Assembly: GCA_038227875.1 (NCBI GenBank)
Contig: JBBRPR010000021.1
Location: 70,999 to 134,998, forward strand
Length of the DNA: 64,000 nucleotides
From: Planctomycetota bacterium
GTDB lineage: Bacteria; Planctomycetota; SZUA-567; H5-PLA8
Direction: 5' to 3'
How positions within the stretch are numbered: the first letter of the stretch is position 1; every line of letters begins with the position of its first letter. The position numbers and the translations under genes are program-made. Shown piece after piece: positions 10,146 to 20,152 of the stretch. The notes beneath the pieces are model-generated. The model saw nothing but the letters and a program-made list of their open reading frames with translations, made no database searches and was not told the origin of the DNA.

Positions 10146-12005
10146 TTAGTTGTGCGTCATCGTCTCTTCCACGCGCACGGGGCGGTACATCGTATCCACC
10201 GGCGCGTAGCCGTCGGAGAGCACCGGCACGCCTTCGAGTTCCGTCGGCTTCAGGCCCGTGTACAGGCCGTGCTGGACGAAGTTGACGATGTTTGGAATCT
10301 TCACGATGGGATTGCTGCCGGCGGTCAGCGACTTGATGTCGGCCAGCAGTCGGTCCGGATCCCGAGGCGTCTCTTCCTGCGTCGCGATGATCACGACGTT
10401 GCGGTATTCCTCCAGGCTCGCGCGCACCTTCTGGAAGACATAGAGCTGATCGGGGCGGAAGAGCTTCTGGCTCTGCTCGGGCGTCGGATTGGAAATGTCG
10501 TACGCGTCGGCTTCGCTCGACGTCAGCGTCTTGAATTCCGCGTGGAAGAGCGCGGCCGGCTTGATCTTGTCCGGGTCTTCGCCGTTCTTCAGCGCGGAGA
10601 TGATGTTCGTCGCGATCACGCCGCGCTTGGTCAGCTTCTTCTTCACTTCGCGCATGAATTCGTACGTCATCAGATGGAACGGCACCTGCCCGCCGGAAGA
10701 GTACGCGTCGAGCACGATCACGTCGTACTGATTGTCCGGCAGATTCTTGATCGTCTGGCGGCCGTCGCCGACGTGAAAGACGATGTCCTTGCTGTAGCGC
10801 ACCTGGTCGGGAAATTCGTCCTGGGTCACGTAGAAATACTGCTGCGACACTTCCTTCACCTTGCCGTCGATCTCGGCGATGTCGACCTTCGTGTTGTAAA
10901 ATTTGTTGTACTGCGTCGGAATGAGCCCGCCGCCGCCGCCCACGACTAGCATGCGCGCCGGCAGGGGCTCATTGACGAAAATCAGCGGCAGGTGGAGCAG
11001 ATCGGTGTACTGCACCGCGTTCGTGTATTCGCCGCGATACGGGTAGATACCGCTTTCGATATTCTCGTTGAACTTCAGCCAGCGCGGCACGTCGCTCAGC
11101 CAATCGGGAAGATTGTCGGTCTTCGTCTTCCACATCTTCACCGGCCACATGTAGTGCTCGCTATCGCTGTCGAAAAACACCGACTCCGTCACCAGGATTT
11201 CGTGGTACGCGGAATCTTCGTAGCGCAGCAGCCGGTCGGTGGTCGGCACGTGTGGCTGGGCGGGAAACACCAGGCCGCCTTCGATCACCAGCACCGCCAT
11301 GATCGCCATCACCGCCATGCCACGACGGTCGTCGGCGCGGATGCCACCCATCGCCGAGCGGAACAGGACGTAGCTGACCAGCGCCACGACGATCAGCGCG
11401 GAGCCCAGGCAGAACATCAGTTTGCTGATGAATAGCACGGGGATCAACACGAACGTGGTGAGCATCGTGCCGACAATCGAACCAAACGTGGAGAGCGCGT
11501 AAAGATTGCCCGCGATGCTGCCCAGTCCGGCCAGGGACGTCGCGCGCAATTTCACGGCGAACGGCGAGACCATGGCCATCAGGAAGCTCGGCACGAAAAA
11601 GATCGCCGTGGCCGCGCCCAGCGGGCCGGCGATCGTGCCCCAGCCCGAGCGCGCGATGTAGTCGGAGACCAGCGGCCCGACGCGCGGAATCAGTGCGACC
11701 CAGACGCCGGCGAGGCTCAGCAGCATCGCCAGCAGCCCAAAGCTCGGATTGCGGTCGGAGATTTTTCCGCCGACAAAGTACCCGGCGGCGAGTGCGCCCA
11801 TGAACAGGCCGATGATGCTGCCCCAGACGAACGTCGAGGTGCCGAACCCCGGCGCCAGAATTTTCGCGCCGGCGATTTCAATGCCCATCAACACCGCGCC
11901 GGAGACGACGACGATCAGGTACAACGCCCACGCGGCGAGCTTGGCGGATCCCGGCGAAAGCACCGGCTGTGGCGAATTTGGATTGTTAGGTGTGCCAGTA
12001 GACAT
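10146..12005 (-). CDS. Fused membrane domain/spermidine synthase-like SAM-dependent protein
   Basis: TM region (LAPGFGTSTFVWGSIIG) followed by VVGGGGG, EID, GDGR and DVIVLDAYS. Confidence 0.88.
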   Translation of the reverse strand: MSTGTPNNPNSPQPVLSPGSAKLAAWALYLIVVVSGAVLMGIEIAGAKILAPGFGTSTFVWGSIIGLFMGALAAGYFVGGKISDRNPSFGLLAMLLSLAGVWVALIPRVGPLVSDYIARSGWGTIAGPLGAATAIFFVPSFLMAMVSPFAVKLRATSLAGLGSIAGNLYALSTFGSIVGTMLTTFVLIPVLFISKLMFCLGSALIVVALVSYVLFRSAMGGIRADDRRGMAVMAIMAVLVIEGGLVFPAQPHVPTTDRLLRYEDSAYHEILVTESVFFDSDSEHYMWPVKMWKTKTDNLPDWLSDVPRWLKFNENIESGIYPYRGEYTNAVQYTDLLHLPLIFVNEPLPARMLVVGGGGGLIPTQYNKFYNTKVDIAEIDGKVKEVSQQYFYVTQDEFPDQVRYSKDIVFHVGDGRQTIKNLPDNQYDVIVLDAYSSGGQVPFHLMTYEFMREVKKKLTKRGVIATNIISALKNGEDPDKIKPAALFHAEFKTLTSSEADAYDISNPTPEQSQKLFRPDQLYVFQKVRASLEEYRNVVIIATQEETPRDPDRLLADIKSLTAGSNPIVKIPNIVNFVQHGLYTGLKPTELEGVPVLSDGYAPVDTMYRPVRVEETMTHN

Positions 12006-12052
12006 GGACGTCAACGCTCTCCATTCCAAAACTCAACTGCTCAACTCTCAAC

Positions 12053-12667
12053 TTACTCCAGTTCCCATTCCTTCAACAAACGCGGCAGTGTTTCCCGGAA
12101 TAATTCGATCGGAAAACCGACCACGTTTGCAAAGCTGCCGTCGATTTTCTCAACGAAGCGGTCGCCTCTTTCCTGAATCGCGTACGCGCCGGCTTTGCCA
12201 TCCGACTCGCCCGACGCGACGTACGCATCGATCTCCGCCTCGTCCACCTTCCGCATCGTCACCCACGTCGAAACTTCCGCCGTCCATGGGGCCAGTTGGC
12301 GCACGGAATTGGCCATCACCGGCCAGACGCAGACGCCGGAGATGACCTGATGCCGCGTGCCGGAAAGACGGGTCAGGATACTCTTTGCGTCGGTGCGGTC
12401 CACTGGCTTTCCAAGCACCTCGTGGCCGGCGGCCACCAGCGTGTCGGCGCCGACGATCAACGCCGGCCGCGGACCGCTGAGCGAGAGTGCGACAGCCCGC
12501 GCTTTCAAGCGCGCCTTCTCCACGGCCAGCGCCTCGGGCGAGACGGCCCGATGTACCGCGTCTTCTGCATCGCCAGGGTCTTTGGCTTCAAACACAAACC
12601 CGGCATCGGCGAGGAGCTGGCGGCGGCGCGGTGAAGTGGAAGCGAGAATCAAACGGTACGACGGCAT
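12053..12667 (-). CDS. maf: Maf family nucleoside triphosphate pyrophosphatase
   Basis: LASTSPRRRQLL, GADT, GKP, DGKAGAYAIQ, NVVGFP. Confidence 0.94.
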   Translation of the reverse strand: MPSYRLILASTSPRRRQLLADAGFVFEAKDPGDAEDAVHRAVSPEALAVEKARLKARAVALSLSGPRPALIVGADTLVAAGHEVLGKPVDRTDAKSILTRLSGTRHQVISGVCVWPVMANSVRQLAPWTAEVSTWVTMRKVDEAEIDAYVASGESDGKAGAYAIQERGDRFVEKIDGSFANVVGFPIELFRETLPRLLKEWELE

Positions 12668-12732
12668 GAGTCGGGTTCTTAATCCTGAAAGAATAGAGAA
12701 AATGTAAACGACAATAGGCCCGCGTCTAAACA

Positions 12733-12768
12733 GCGCAGCTCCTCAAGGGTTGCGTTGAGGAGCTGCGC
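12733..12768 (-). terminator. Hairpin downstream of the low-complexity protein
   Basis: GCGCAGCTCCTCAA...TTGAGGAGCTGCGC. Confidence 0.6.
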
Positions 12769-12789
12769 GTTACGTCCAGTAACCGGTGC

Positions 12790-14577
12790 TTATTCCTTGG
12801 GCGCGTCCGGCGCCTTGTCCGGCAGCGCTCCCGGGTCCGGCTTCTTCTCTTCGGCCTTGGGCGGATCGGCCTTCTTCTCGTCCGGAGCTGGTGCAGGCGC
12901 TGGATCGGCCGGCTTGGCGTCAGCGGGCTTCGCATCCGCGGGCTTGGCATCAGCCGGAACCGGCGGCGGCGTGTTCGTAGCGTCGGCCGGCGCTTTCGCA
13001 TCGGCAGGAGCCTTGCCATCCGCGGGCGCGGCGCCATCGGCAGGCTTCGTGCCATCCGGAGTCGACGGCGTGACGGGCGGCGTCGTATCCTTTTTCTTGA
13101 ATACGCCCATCTTAAAGGCCACACCGGCGCCAGCAGCCAACAGCACCAACACCACGGCGGCGATGATCGGCCCCTTGCCCTTCTTCGGAGCTTCGTCGCC
13201 GGCGGCTTCGGACGTCCGCGCGCCACGCTTGGTGGCTGCCGAAGTTCCGCTCTTCATGCCGCCCTTCACACCCTTCAGGTTGGAATTGCTGCGCATGCCT
13301 TTGACGCCTTTGCGCATGCCCGACGTCTTCGGCTTCTCTTCTTCGGCTTCCGCATCGGCGCCCACGGCGGCGGCGATCGCTTCGGCCTCCTCGGCAGGCG
13401 CGGCTTCGGCGATCGGCTCTTCGACTTCTGCCACTTCCGCGGCCTGTGCTTCCGCCGGTTCTTCCTCGACGGCTTCGGCTTCCGCCGGCGCTTCTTCGAC
13501 CGCTTCGGCCGGGGCGGCTTCTTCCACCGACTCGACTGCTGCGACTTCGCCCGATTCTTCGGCGACCGCTTCTTCTTCGGCACCGGACGCAGCGGCATCC
13601 GCGGCGCGTTGCGCGCGGAGCTTCTTCTTTTTCTTCAACTTCATGCGCAGGCGTTCCTTCTTGGAAAGCTTCTTGCCTTCGCCTTCTTCCGCTTCCACGC
13701 CCGCGGCTTCTTCAACCGCCAGCGCAGCTTCGGACGATTCAGCGGCCGCAATCGCTTCTTCGCTCGGCGCTTCCTCGGACTCGGCGACTTCGGCTTTTGG
13801 CTCTTCGGCGAGTTCTTCTTCGGCTTCGGCCGGCGCTTCGACCTGAACGGGCTCGGCTTCCGCTTCCGCCTCGGCTTCGGCAGGCAGCGCTTCGGCTTCG
13901 GCTTCTTCTGCGATGGGTTCGGCAGGCTGAGCTTCGGCTTCTTCTTCCGCAGCCTCTTCTTCGATAGGCAGCGGCACCACGGCTTCCTCTTCCACCGCTT
14001 CTTCCGCGACTTCAGCTTCAGGCGCTTCCGCTACTTCTTCAGCGGGCACAGCGGCCGGCTGTTCCAATTCGAGTTCTTCTTCTTCTTCCGGTTCTGGTTC
14101 CGGCGCGGGTGGAGGTAGCGGCGGCGCAGCCTTCTTGGCTTCCGGCATCGGCGCGTCTTCAAACTTGATCGCCGCAGCGCGGTTGGCCGAGCGCGACGCT
14201 TTTACTGGCGCGGGAGGTGGCGGCGGCGGCGCAGGTTCTTCGATCAACGGTTCAGCGGCCACCGATTCTTCGATCGGTTCCAGATCGGGCTCGGGTTCCG
14301 GAATCGGAACCGGCGGCGGAACGGGCGCGCGCGGAGGCGCAACCGGAGGTGCAGCCTTGGCCGCGACGACGCGCGGCGGTTCGGCGACGGCGGTCGCAGT
14401 CGCGCCGGAGGATCCCGCTTTTCCGTTCAAGGCCAGACCCGTGCGAATCTTGCGCGATTGAGCGGTGCTGTGCGGAATGCGCATGATGCGCCCACACGAC
14501 GGACATTCGCCCAACTTATCCGCAAACTGTGGAATGATGCTTAAGACCTGCTCACACTCGCACCGAAAAACCAACAT
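12790..14577 (-). CDS. Zinc-ribbon, Glu/Ala/Pro-rich single-pass membrane protein
   Basis: CEC...CPSC N-terminus, long acidic low-complexity region, TM helix IIAAVVLVLLAAGAGVAF, and PADAK repeats. Confidence 0.85.
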   Translation of the reverse strand: MLVFRCECEQVLSIIPQFADKLGECPSCGRIMRIPHSTAQSRKIRTGLALNGKAGSSGATATAVAEPPRVVAAKAAPPVAPPRAPVPPPVPIPEPEPDLEPIEESVAAEPLIEEPAPPPPPPAPVKASRSANRAAAIKFEDAPMPEAKKAAPPLPPPAPEPEPEEEEELELEQPAAVPAEEVAEAPEAEVAEEAVEEEAVVPLPIEEEAAEEEAEAQPAEPIAEEAEAEALPAEAEAEAEAEPVQVEAPAEAEEELAEEPKAEVAESEEAPSEEAIAAAESSEAALAVEEAAGVEAEEGEGKKLSKKERLRMKLKKKKKLRAQRAADAAASGAEEEAVAEESGEVAAVESVEEAAPAEAVEEAPAEAEAVEEEPAEAQAAEVAEVEEPIAEAAPAEEAEAIAAAVGADAEAEEEKPKTSGMRKGVKGMRSNSNLKGVKGGMKSGTSAATKRGARTSEAAGDEAPKKGKGPIIAAVVLVLLAAGAGVAFKMGVFKKKDTTPPVTPSTPDGTKPADGAAPADGKAPADAKAPADATNTPPPVPADAKPADAKPADAKPADPAPAPAPDEKKADPPKAEEKKPDPGALPDKAPDAPKE

Positions 14578-14792
14578 TGTGTGCCTCCGGAGGTAAGGCG
14601 GGGCATTATAGGAGAAAGTCGCTCAGGCGGAAACGGCAAAAATCTTTCCTCTATATATGTGGGCGCAGGAGAGCCACACACCGTGCAAGATTTCACTATT
14701 TTTCCCGGATTTCCTGCCACACACATCGGTACTGTTCCGTCTAATCGCAGTCTTTGAGTGACAGACGCACAAAATCCAGGAAAATAAGAACG

Positions 14793-17282
14793 ATGAGCGA
14801 TCCGGCGTCCACCCCCCAACCGTCCGCCACTCCAGTGCCAGCGGCTGCAACTCCCGCTGCACCGAAGCCGGAAATTTCCGCCGCTCCGCCGACTCAGGCT
14901 GCACCTGCTCCAACTACTGTCACGGTGGCCACCGCGACCACGATTGCCAAAGACCACCCCGAACTCAACGGCTACAAGCTGATTCAAGAATTGGGCAAAA
15001 GTCCGCGCGGCACTGTCTATAAGGCACGCCGCCAAACCGAACAGGATATCGTGGCGGTCAAAATCATCCGCGCATCGACCTGCGACAAAACGTTTCTCGA
15101 AAAACTGCCCCAGCGCGCCGAAGCGACGTTCATGCTCGAGCACGATAATCTGGTGAAGTGCCTGGGCTGCAACAATGTCAGCGGGCGCACCGTGCTGGTG
15201 ATGGGTTTCGCGCCGGGACAGCCCGTCTCGCGAACGTTGAAAAAGAACGGACGCTTCCAGCCCTCTCAGGCGTTGATCGTCGCGTTACAGTGCGTAACCG
15301 CGTTGCGCCACGCGGCGCAGCATAATTGTCATCACGGCCGGCTCCACCCCGCCGACATTATTCTGGGCGAAGATCACGCGCGCATCACCGGCGTGGGCTT
15401 GGGCGAACGCGCGGAACATCCGCCGTGGGACGAAGGCCGCGCGCCGCATCTTTTCGAACCGCTGATTTATACCGCGCCGGAAGCGATGCCCTCCAAGCCG
15501 CCGCTGGAAAAATCGGAAGCGAAGTGCGCCGCGGACATTTATTCGCTCGGTGCGATTCTCTTTCACATGCTCACCGGCATGCCGCCTTTTCACAGTTCCG
15601 ACGAAACCGGCCTCAACGCCGAGCGCGAACGGCTGAACATGTCCGTTGCGTGGCCGCGCCAGATGGCCGTGCAGTTGCCCAGCGAAGTGATCAACCTGAC
15701 CGAAAAAATGCTTTCGTTCAATCCCGCCAATCGCCCCGCGTACGAGCAGCTGGTTCCGGCGCTGACGGTTTCGATTCCGATTGCCGAACAGATCGAAGAA
15801 CCCAAACGAAAAGCGTCGGCGCTTCCCGCCAATCTCGGAGCCGCAGCCGTGGCCGCGCGCGCTCCGTCGGTGGGCGGCAGCGGCACGCCGCACAAAGTTG
15901 TCGTGATTCCTGCCTCCGATCCGCAGGCGCAGGCAGCCGCGCGGCCCGGCACGGCGGTTTCGGTGCTCGACTTTCCGACCGCGCGCGGCGGTGCCACATC
16001 CGAGCGTCAGACACTAAAAGGGGCGAAAGCCGAACGCTTTTTCACGACCGTGCTCGTCGGCGTCACCGTGATTGTCTTCCTGTTCGCGGCCAGTCTCGCC
16101 GTCGAACGCTTCATCTACGAGCCCAGCCGTGCGCAGACCGTCGCGCAGTTGAATCCCGCTCCGACTCCAGTGGCGCCCGTCGCACCGGTGGCGAATCCCA
16201 TGCCCCCTGCGCTACCCACTCCCGCGCCAACGCCGCCTGCGGCAACAGTAACCGAACCAAAGACGGCCCACGGTCCGACGACGGACGAAACCTCGCATAC
16301 CCAGGCGAGTGCGAATGCCAATGTCAACGCCAACGCCACGGGCACGGATGATTACGCCGCCGCCACGCGCCAGGTCGATCTGATCCGCGAGATGATGAAG
16401 TCCGGCCAGGTCGCTCCGTCGGCCGCATTGCTGCGCCTCGTCCGCGGTCTGGTGAATAAGGCCGGGCACGATACGCCGGCGGGAATCAACGCGCTGGTCC
16501 TCGCGACGGAAATTGAAGACGCGATGGTTCACAAGTATTACGCGCAGAATCAGAATACGAATCTGCCGCTGACCAATCCCGGCGCCGCTCCGCAGCCGAA
16601 CGTGCCGCCTGCTGGTCCCGAAAAACCGCAGACCGTTGCGGAGAAAACTACGCCGCAGGAAAAGCCCTCCGCCCCCGCGACGGCCGCCCCGGCAGCAGAA
16701 AAGCACACGCACGATTACGACGCCGGCATCCAGGCCGCGTTTGGAAAGGTGCGCAAGTATCAGTACACGCAGGCCAAGCAGGACCTGGAAGACCTCGCCG
16801 CCAAAGCCGATGGCGACGGCAAGAAGGTCGTGCAGGCGGCTCAGGAACTGGTCAAACTGGAAGCGGATCTCTTCGAAAAGTGCCGCGGCCATCTCAAGAC
16901 GTACATCGATAAGGATCCGCAGCACGCCTCGATGCTCCAGGTTTTCCCACGCAAGAACGATCCGAAGGGCGACGACATTGTCGACATCGACGACAAGGGG
17001 TTAAAGATCGTCTCCAAGCGCGGCGGCAGCGAAACTTCGCGCGTCCGCGAATGGGAAAAAGTCTCGTCGACCAACGGCTTCAAGATGTTCCAGCTGCTCA
17101 GCGACAAAAAGTCGGCCGACGAGCAAGTCGGCCTCGCCACCTTCGCCGCCTTCCGCGGCATGAAAGACGAATTCACGTCGACGCTCGACGGTGTGCGCGG
17201 ATTGGCGAACGGCAAGGACAAAGTCGATTCGCTCAATCAGGATCTGGAACTGCTCGGGAAGCTAGTCGAACCGGGCAACTGA
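14793..17282 (+). CDS. Membrane Ser/Thr kinase-like protein, probably catalytically inactive
   Basis: Kinase fold with VAVK, YTAPE and ADIYSLG, but HGRLHPAD replaces HRDLKPxN and GVG replaces DFG; TM helix and large C-terminal domain. Confidence 0.85.
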   Translation: MSDPASTPQPSATPVPAAATPAAPKPEISAAPPTQAAPAPTTVTVATATTIAKDHPELNGYKLIQELGKSPRGTVYKARRQTEQDIVAVKIIRASTCDKTFLEKLPQRAEATFMLEHDNLVKCLGCNNVSGRTVLVMGFAPGQPVSRTLKKNGRFQPSQALIVALQCVTALRHAAQHNCHHGRLHPADIILGEDHARITGVGLGERAEHPPWDEGRAPHLFEPLIYTAPEAMPSKPPLEKSEAKCAADIYSLGAILFHMLTGMPPFHSSDETGLNAERERLNMSVAWPRQMAVQLPSEVINLTEKMLSFNPANRPAYEQLVPALTVSIPIAEQIEEPKRKASALPANLGAAAVAARAPSVGGSGTPHKVVVIPASDPQAQAAARPGTAVSVLDFPTARGGATSERQTLKGAKAERFFTTVLVGVTVIVFLFAASLAVERFIYEPSRAQTVAQLNPAPTPVAPVAPVANPMPPALPTPAPTPPAATVTEPKTAHGPTTDETSHTQASANANVNANATGTDDYAAATRQVDLIREMMKSGQVAPSAALLRLVRGLVNKAGHDTPAGINALVLATEIEDAMVHKYYAQNQNTNLPLTNPGAAPQPNVPPAGPEKPQTVAEKTTPQEKPSAPATAAPAAEKHTHDYDAGIQAAFGKVRKYQYTQAKQDLEDLAAKADGDGKKVVQAAQELVKLEADLFEKCRGHLKTYIDKDPQHASMLQVFPRKNDPKGDDIVDIDDKGLKIVSKRGGSETSRVREWEKVSSTNGFKMFQLLSDKKSADEQVGLATFAAFRGMKDEFTSTLDGVRGLANGKDKVDSLNQDLELLGKLVEPGN

Positions 17283-17318
17283 GTTAGCATATGGGCAACT
17301 GTCCATATGCTGACTTTT
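17282..17318 (+). terminator. Intrinsic terminator
   Basis: AGTTAGCATATGG...CCATATGCTGACT followed by a T run. Confidence 0.7.
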
Positions 17319-17501
17319 GACCAGTGAATGAATTCGTTCCAAGGTAAGGTCTATAGACTTGGTCGTCTATACGTGGTGAACCTCCGCAAAATTTCGAAGT
17401 TCAATCGCCCCGTTTTTCAAAAATCACGCAATCAAAACAGACCGATTCCGCTCATCATCGTGTAAGCTCCGTCGTTTGCGGTCGGCCCGGGATGATGCCT
17501 G

Positions 17502-18035
17502 ATGGACAATCTCGATTCACTGTTCCAAGACTCGCTGAAAAGCGACATCGATCTGGATGCAGTACTGCGCATCCTCGGTCAGGAGTTGCACCATTACGCG
17601 CGCGTGCTGGCCGGTTCGCGCGAGGCCGGTGAGGACGCGCTGCAGGACACGCTCGTCGCGCTGCTTCAGGAAGGTCCGAAGGCGGCGAAAATCCGCGCGC
17701 CGCGCGCGTGGCTTTTCACGGTGCTCCGGCGCAAGGCGCTGGCGTACCGCAAGACCGAACCGACATCACTCGCCAGGGAATTTTCCGCTTCCGTCAATGC
17801 CGATCAGAGCGCCCGCTTGATGCTCGAAGAAGCACTGCGGCGGCTCACCGCGCTCGATCAGGAAATCATTCTACTGCATCTGTGGGAAGGGCTGACGTTC
17901 GAGGCCATCGCCGACATCCTGGTGATGCCGCGCAACACCGTGCTCAGCCGCTACGCCCGCGCGATCCAGCAACTCCGGGTCTTCTTCGACGTCCCGGAAC
18001 AGATCAAGAAGCGGCAGGAGGTCCGCTGCTCATGA
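17502..18035 (+). CDS. ECF sigma-70 factor
   Basis: AGEDALQD, AWLFTV (region 2); LWEGLTFEAIADIL...TVLSR (region 4). Confidence 0.9.
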   Translation: MDNLDSLFQDSLKSDIDLDAVLRILGQELHHYARVLAGSREAGEDALQDTLVALLQEGPKAAKIRAPRAWLFTVLRRKALAYRKTEPTSLAREFSASVNADQSARLMLEEALRRLTALDQEIILLHLWEGLTFEAIADILVMPRNTVLSRYARAIQQLRVFFDVPEQIKKRQEVRCS

Positions 18036-20089
18036 ACGACTTGCCAAAACAATTTCCACCGAAAGAAGTCTCCAACGACACGCTCGATGCCATCGCCACG
18101 CGCGCGCGCAGAAAATTCGCCGCAAATCCAAACGCGTCGGCCGGCCCCGAACCCACCGCACAGCGTGTTTCGCCGTTCGTCGCCGCCGCGCAGCAGTGGA
18201 TGCGCGGGGCAGGTCTCGGCGTGCTCGATCTGGCGGCCATCGCGGCGCTGCTGTTCATCTCACTCTCCGCGGCGTGGATGTACCTGATCGCGCCCAGTTC
18301 GAAAACAAAGGGGGCGGAAGGAGCGCCAAAAATCGCCCACGCCGACGAGAAAGGCCCGGTTGAAAAAGTCACGCCCCCTGCGCCTCCGAAAGAAACGCAG
18401 TCACTGCATACCGTGGCCGGCGACGGACCCGACACGCCGAAAGCTCCGGACCCGGAGCCCGCTCCGCCCCAGCCCAAACCCGTCGTACTGCCGAAGCCTG
18501 AAACCAACTCCAACGCGCTCCAGCCGCTTCCGCCGGAAGATGAAATCATCGCGCCAGCGCACGAGATCGTGCCCGATGAAGCCAAGAACCTGCTGTTGCC
18601 AAACGAAATGACTGCCATGACTGGAGACCGAAATGACGTGGTAGCGGACTTGCCGCTAGCAGGAAGCGGCGCGTTCGGCAATCGCAACGGCGGCGGTCGC
18701 AGATTGATGGCCAAGCGTTTCGGTGGCTCCAAAGCCACGGAAGACTCCGTCGACCTTGCGTTGCGCTGGCTGGCGTACCATCAGGAAGCCGACGGCCATT
18801 TCGACGCGATGAAGTACGGCGCGGCCAACAAAACGGACACGGCCGTAACCGCACTGGCGCTGCTCGCCTTTCTGGGGTCGGGACACACGGAAAAAGTCGG
18901 CGCGTACAAAGAGAACGTCAAACGCGCCGTGGCGTGGCTCAAGTCCAAGCAACAGGCCAACGGTCTCGTCTACGACCAAACAGATGCCGGCGCACATCGA
19001 GGAATTGGCTATCCGCACGGCATCGCCTCCCTGGCGCTGTGCGAGGCGGCCGGCATGGGCCGCGTTCCAGATACCGTCGCAGCCGCGCAGGCTTCGATCG
19101 ATTACGCCGTCAACATACAGCAGAATTCTGGAGGTGGCACGAGACTTGGTTGGCGCTATGCAGCCAATACCCCAGGCGATATCTGCGTTTCCACATGGTA
19201 CATCGGCGCGCTCAAGTCCGCGAAAGTAGCGGGACTGAAAGTCGATCACCGCGCATTTGACGGCGCCATCCAGTTTCTGGATTCCGTCGCGATAATGAAG
19301 GGCGGCAACGTTCACTACGCCTATCAACCCGGTGGAGACAACAACATGCGCCGCGACGCGATGGGGAATTTCTGCAGACAATTCCTGGGCTGGCGCGCCG
19401 CCGACCTGAAAACCAGCGTCGAAGCCTTCGTGAATGAAGGCGGCGCACCGTCGTGGGGCGCCAATGGTGCGACCGTCGATATGTACTACTGGTACTATGG
19501 GACGCTCTGCACGTTTCAACAGGGTGGAGACATCTGGCAGCGCTGGAACGAAGGACTGAAGAAAGCGCTCATCGAGAACCAATGCAAGCAGGGCGATGAC
19601 GCCGGAAGCTGGCCGGTCGTCGGTGACTTCTCTGGCGAATGGGGCCGCGTGGGACAGACGGCTTTCGGTGCGCTCTGCTGTGAAGTCTACTACCGCTACG
19701 CTATGTTAAACGCTCCTCCTGCCGGCGGTCCGATGATGGCCGCGGCACCTCCCGCCGATCCGTTCAAGGCAGACGCCAACGTCGCTCAGCCTCAACCGCT
19801 CGGCGCGAAGTTGAAGACAAAAGTCAGTTTCAACCTCATCGACAAGAGCCTGCCAGACACGGTTGCTTTCCTGAATCAGCTCACCGAGGTGAAGATCAAG
19901 CTCGACCCCAAGGTGGCCGGTCAAGGCGCCATCAGTCTGCGGGTGAGCGAAATGGAGCTGGATCTCGCACTGGATTGGGTGACGAAACTCGGCGCACTTG
20001 CCTGGCATGAAGAAAACGGAGTCGTCGTGATCAGCACGCCGCAGAAGCTCGAAGAAAAGAAAAAGCCCGCCGGCAAAGACGAGTTCTAA
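18032..20089 (+). CDS. TM protein with prenyltransferase/squalene-oxidase repeats and C-terminal STN-like domain; candidate anti-sigma factor
   Basis: ATGA overlap with the ECF stop; AGGAGG SD; ALRWLAYHQEADG, GWRY, YYWYYGT, CEVYYRY; KVSFNL...LDLALDW. Confidence 0.8.
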   Translation: MNDLPKQFPPKEVSNDTLDAIATRARRKFAANPNASAGPEPTAQRVSPFVAAAQQWMRGAGLGVLDLAAIAALLFISLSAAWMYLIAPSSKTKGAEGAPKIAHADEKGPVEKVTPPAPPKETQSLHTVAGDGPDTPKAPDPEPAPPQPKPVVLPKPETNSNALQPLPPEDEIIAPAHEIVPDEAKNLLLPNEMTAMTGDRNDVVADLPLAGSGAFGNRNGGGRRLMAKRFGGSKATEDSVDLALRWLAYHQEADGHFDAMKYGAANKTDTAVTALALLAFLGSGHTEKVGAYKENVKRAVAWLKSKQQANGLVYDQTDAGAHRGIGYPHGIASLALCEAAGMGRVPDTVAAAQASIDYAVNIQQNSGGGTRLGWRYAANTPGDICVSTWYIGALKSAKVAGLKVDHRAFDGAIQFLDSVAIMKGGNVHYAYQPGGDNNMRRDAMGNFCRQFLGWRAADLKTSVEAFVNEGGAPSWGANGATVDMYYWYYGTLCTFQQGGDIWQRWNEGLKKALIENQCKQGDDAGSWPVVGDFSGEWGRVGQTAFGALCCEVYYRYAMLNAPPAGGPMMAAAPPADPFKADANVAQPQPLGAKLKTKVSFNLIDKSLPDTVAFLNQLTEVKIKLDPKVAGQGAISLRVSEMELDLALDWVTKLGALAWHEENGVVVISTPQKLEEKKKPAGKDEF

Positions 20090-20094
20090 AAAGC

Positions 20095-20124
20095 AGACCC
20101 CCAGGCCAGCTGGCCTGGGGGTCT
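20095..20124. terminator. 30-bp perfect palindrome between convergent genes
   Basis: AGACCCCCAGGCCAGCTGGCCTGGGGGTCT. Confidence 0.7.
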
Positions 20125-20152
20125 AAATTACTTCCTATCCCATCGCGCTTTA

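Noticed and set aside
17708..18031. Long N-terminal extension of the 793-aa ORF overlapping the ECF gene
   Set aside because: The ATG at 18032, with AGGAGG SD and ATGA coupling, is the better start.
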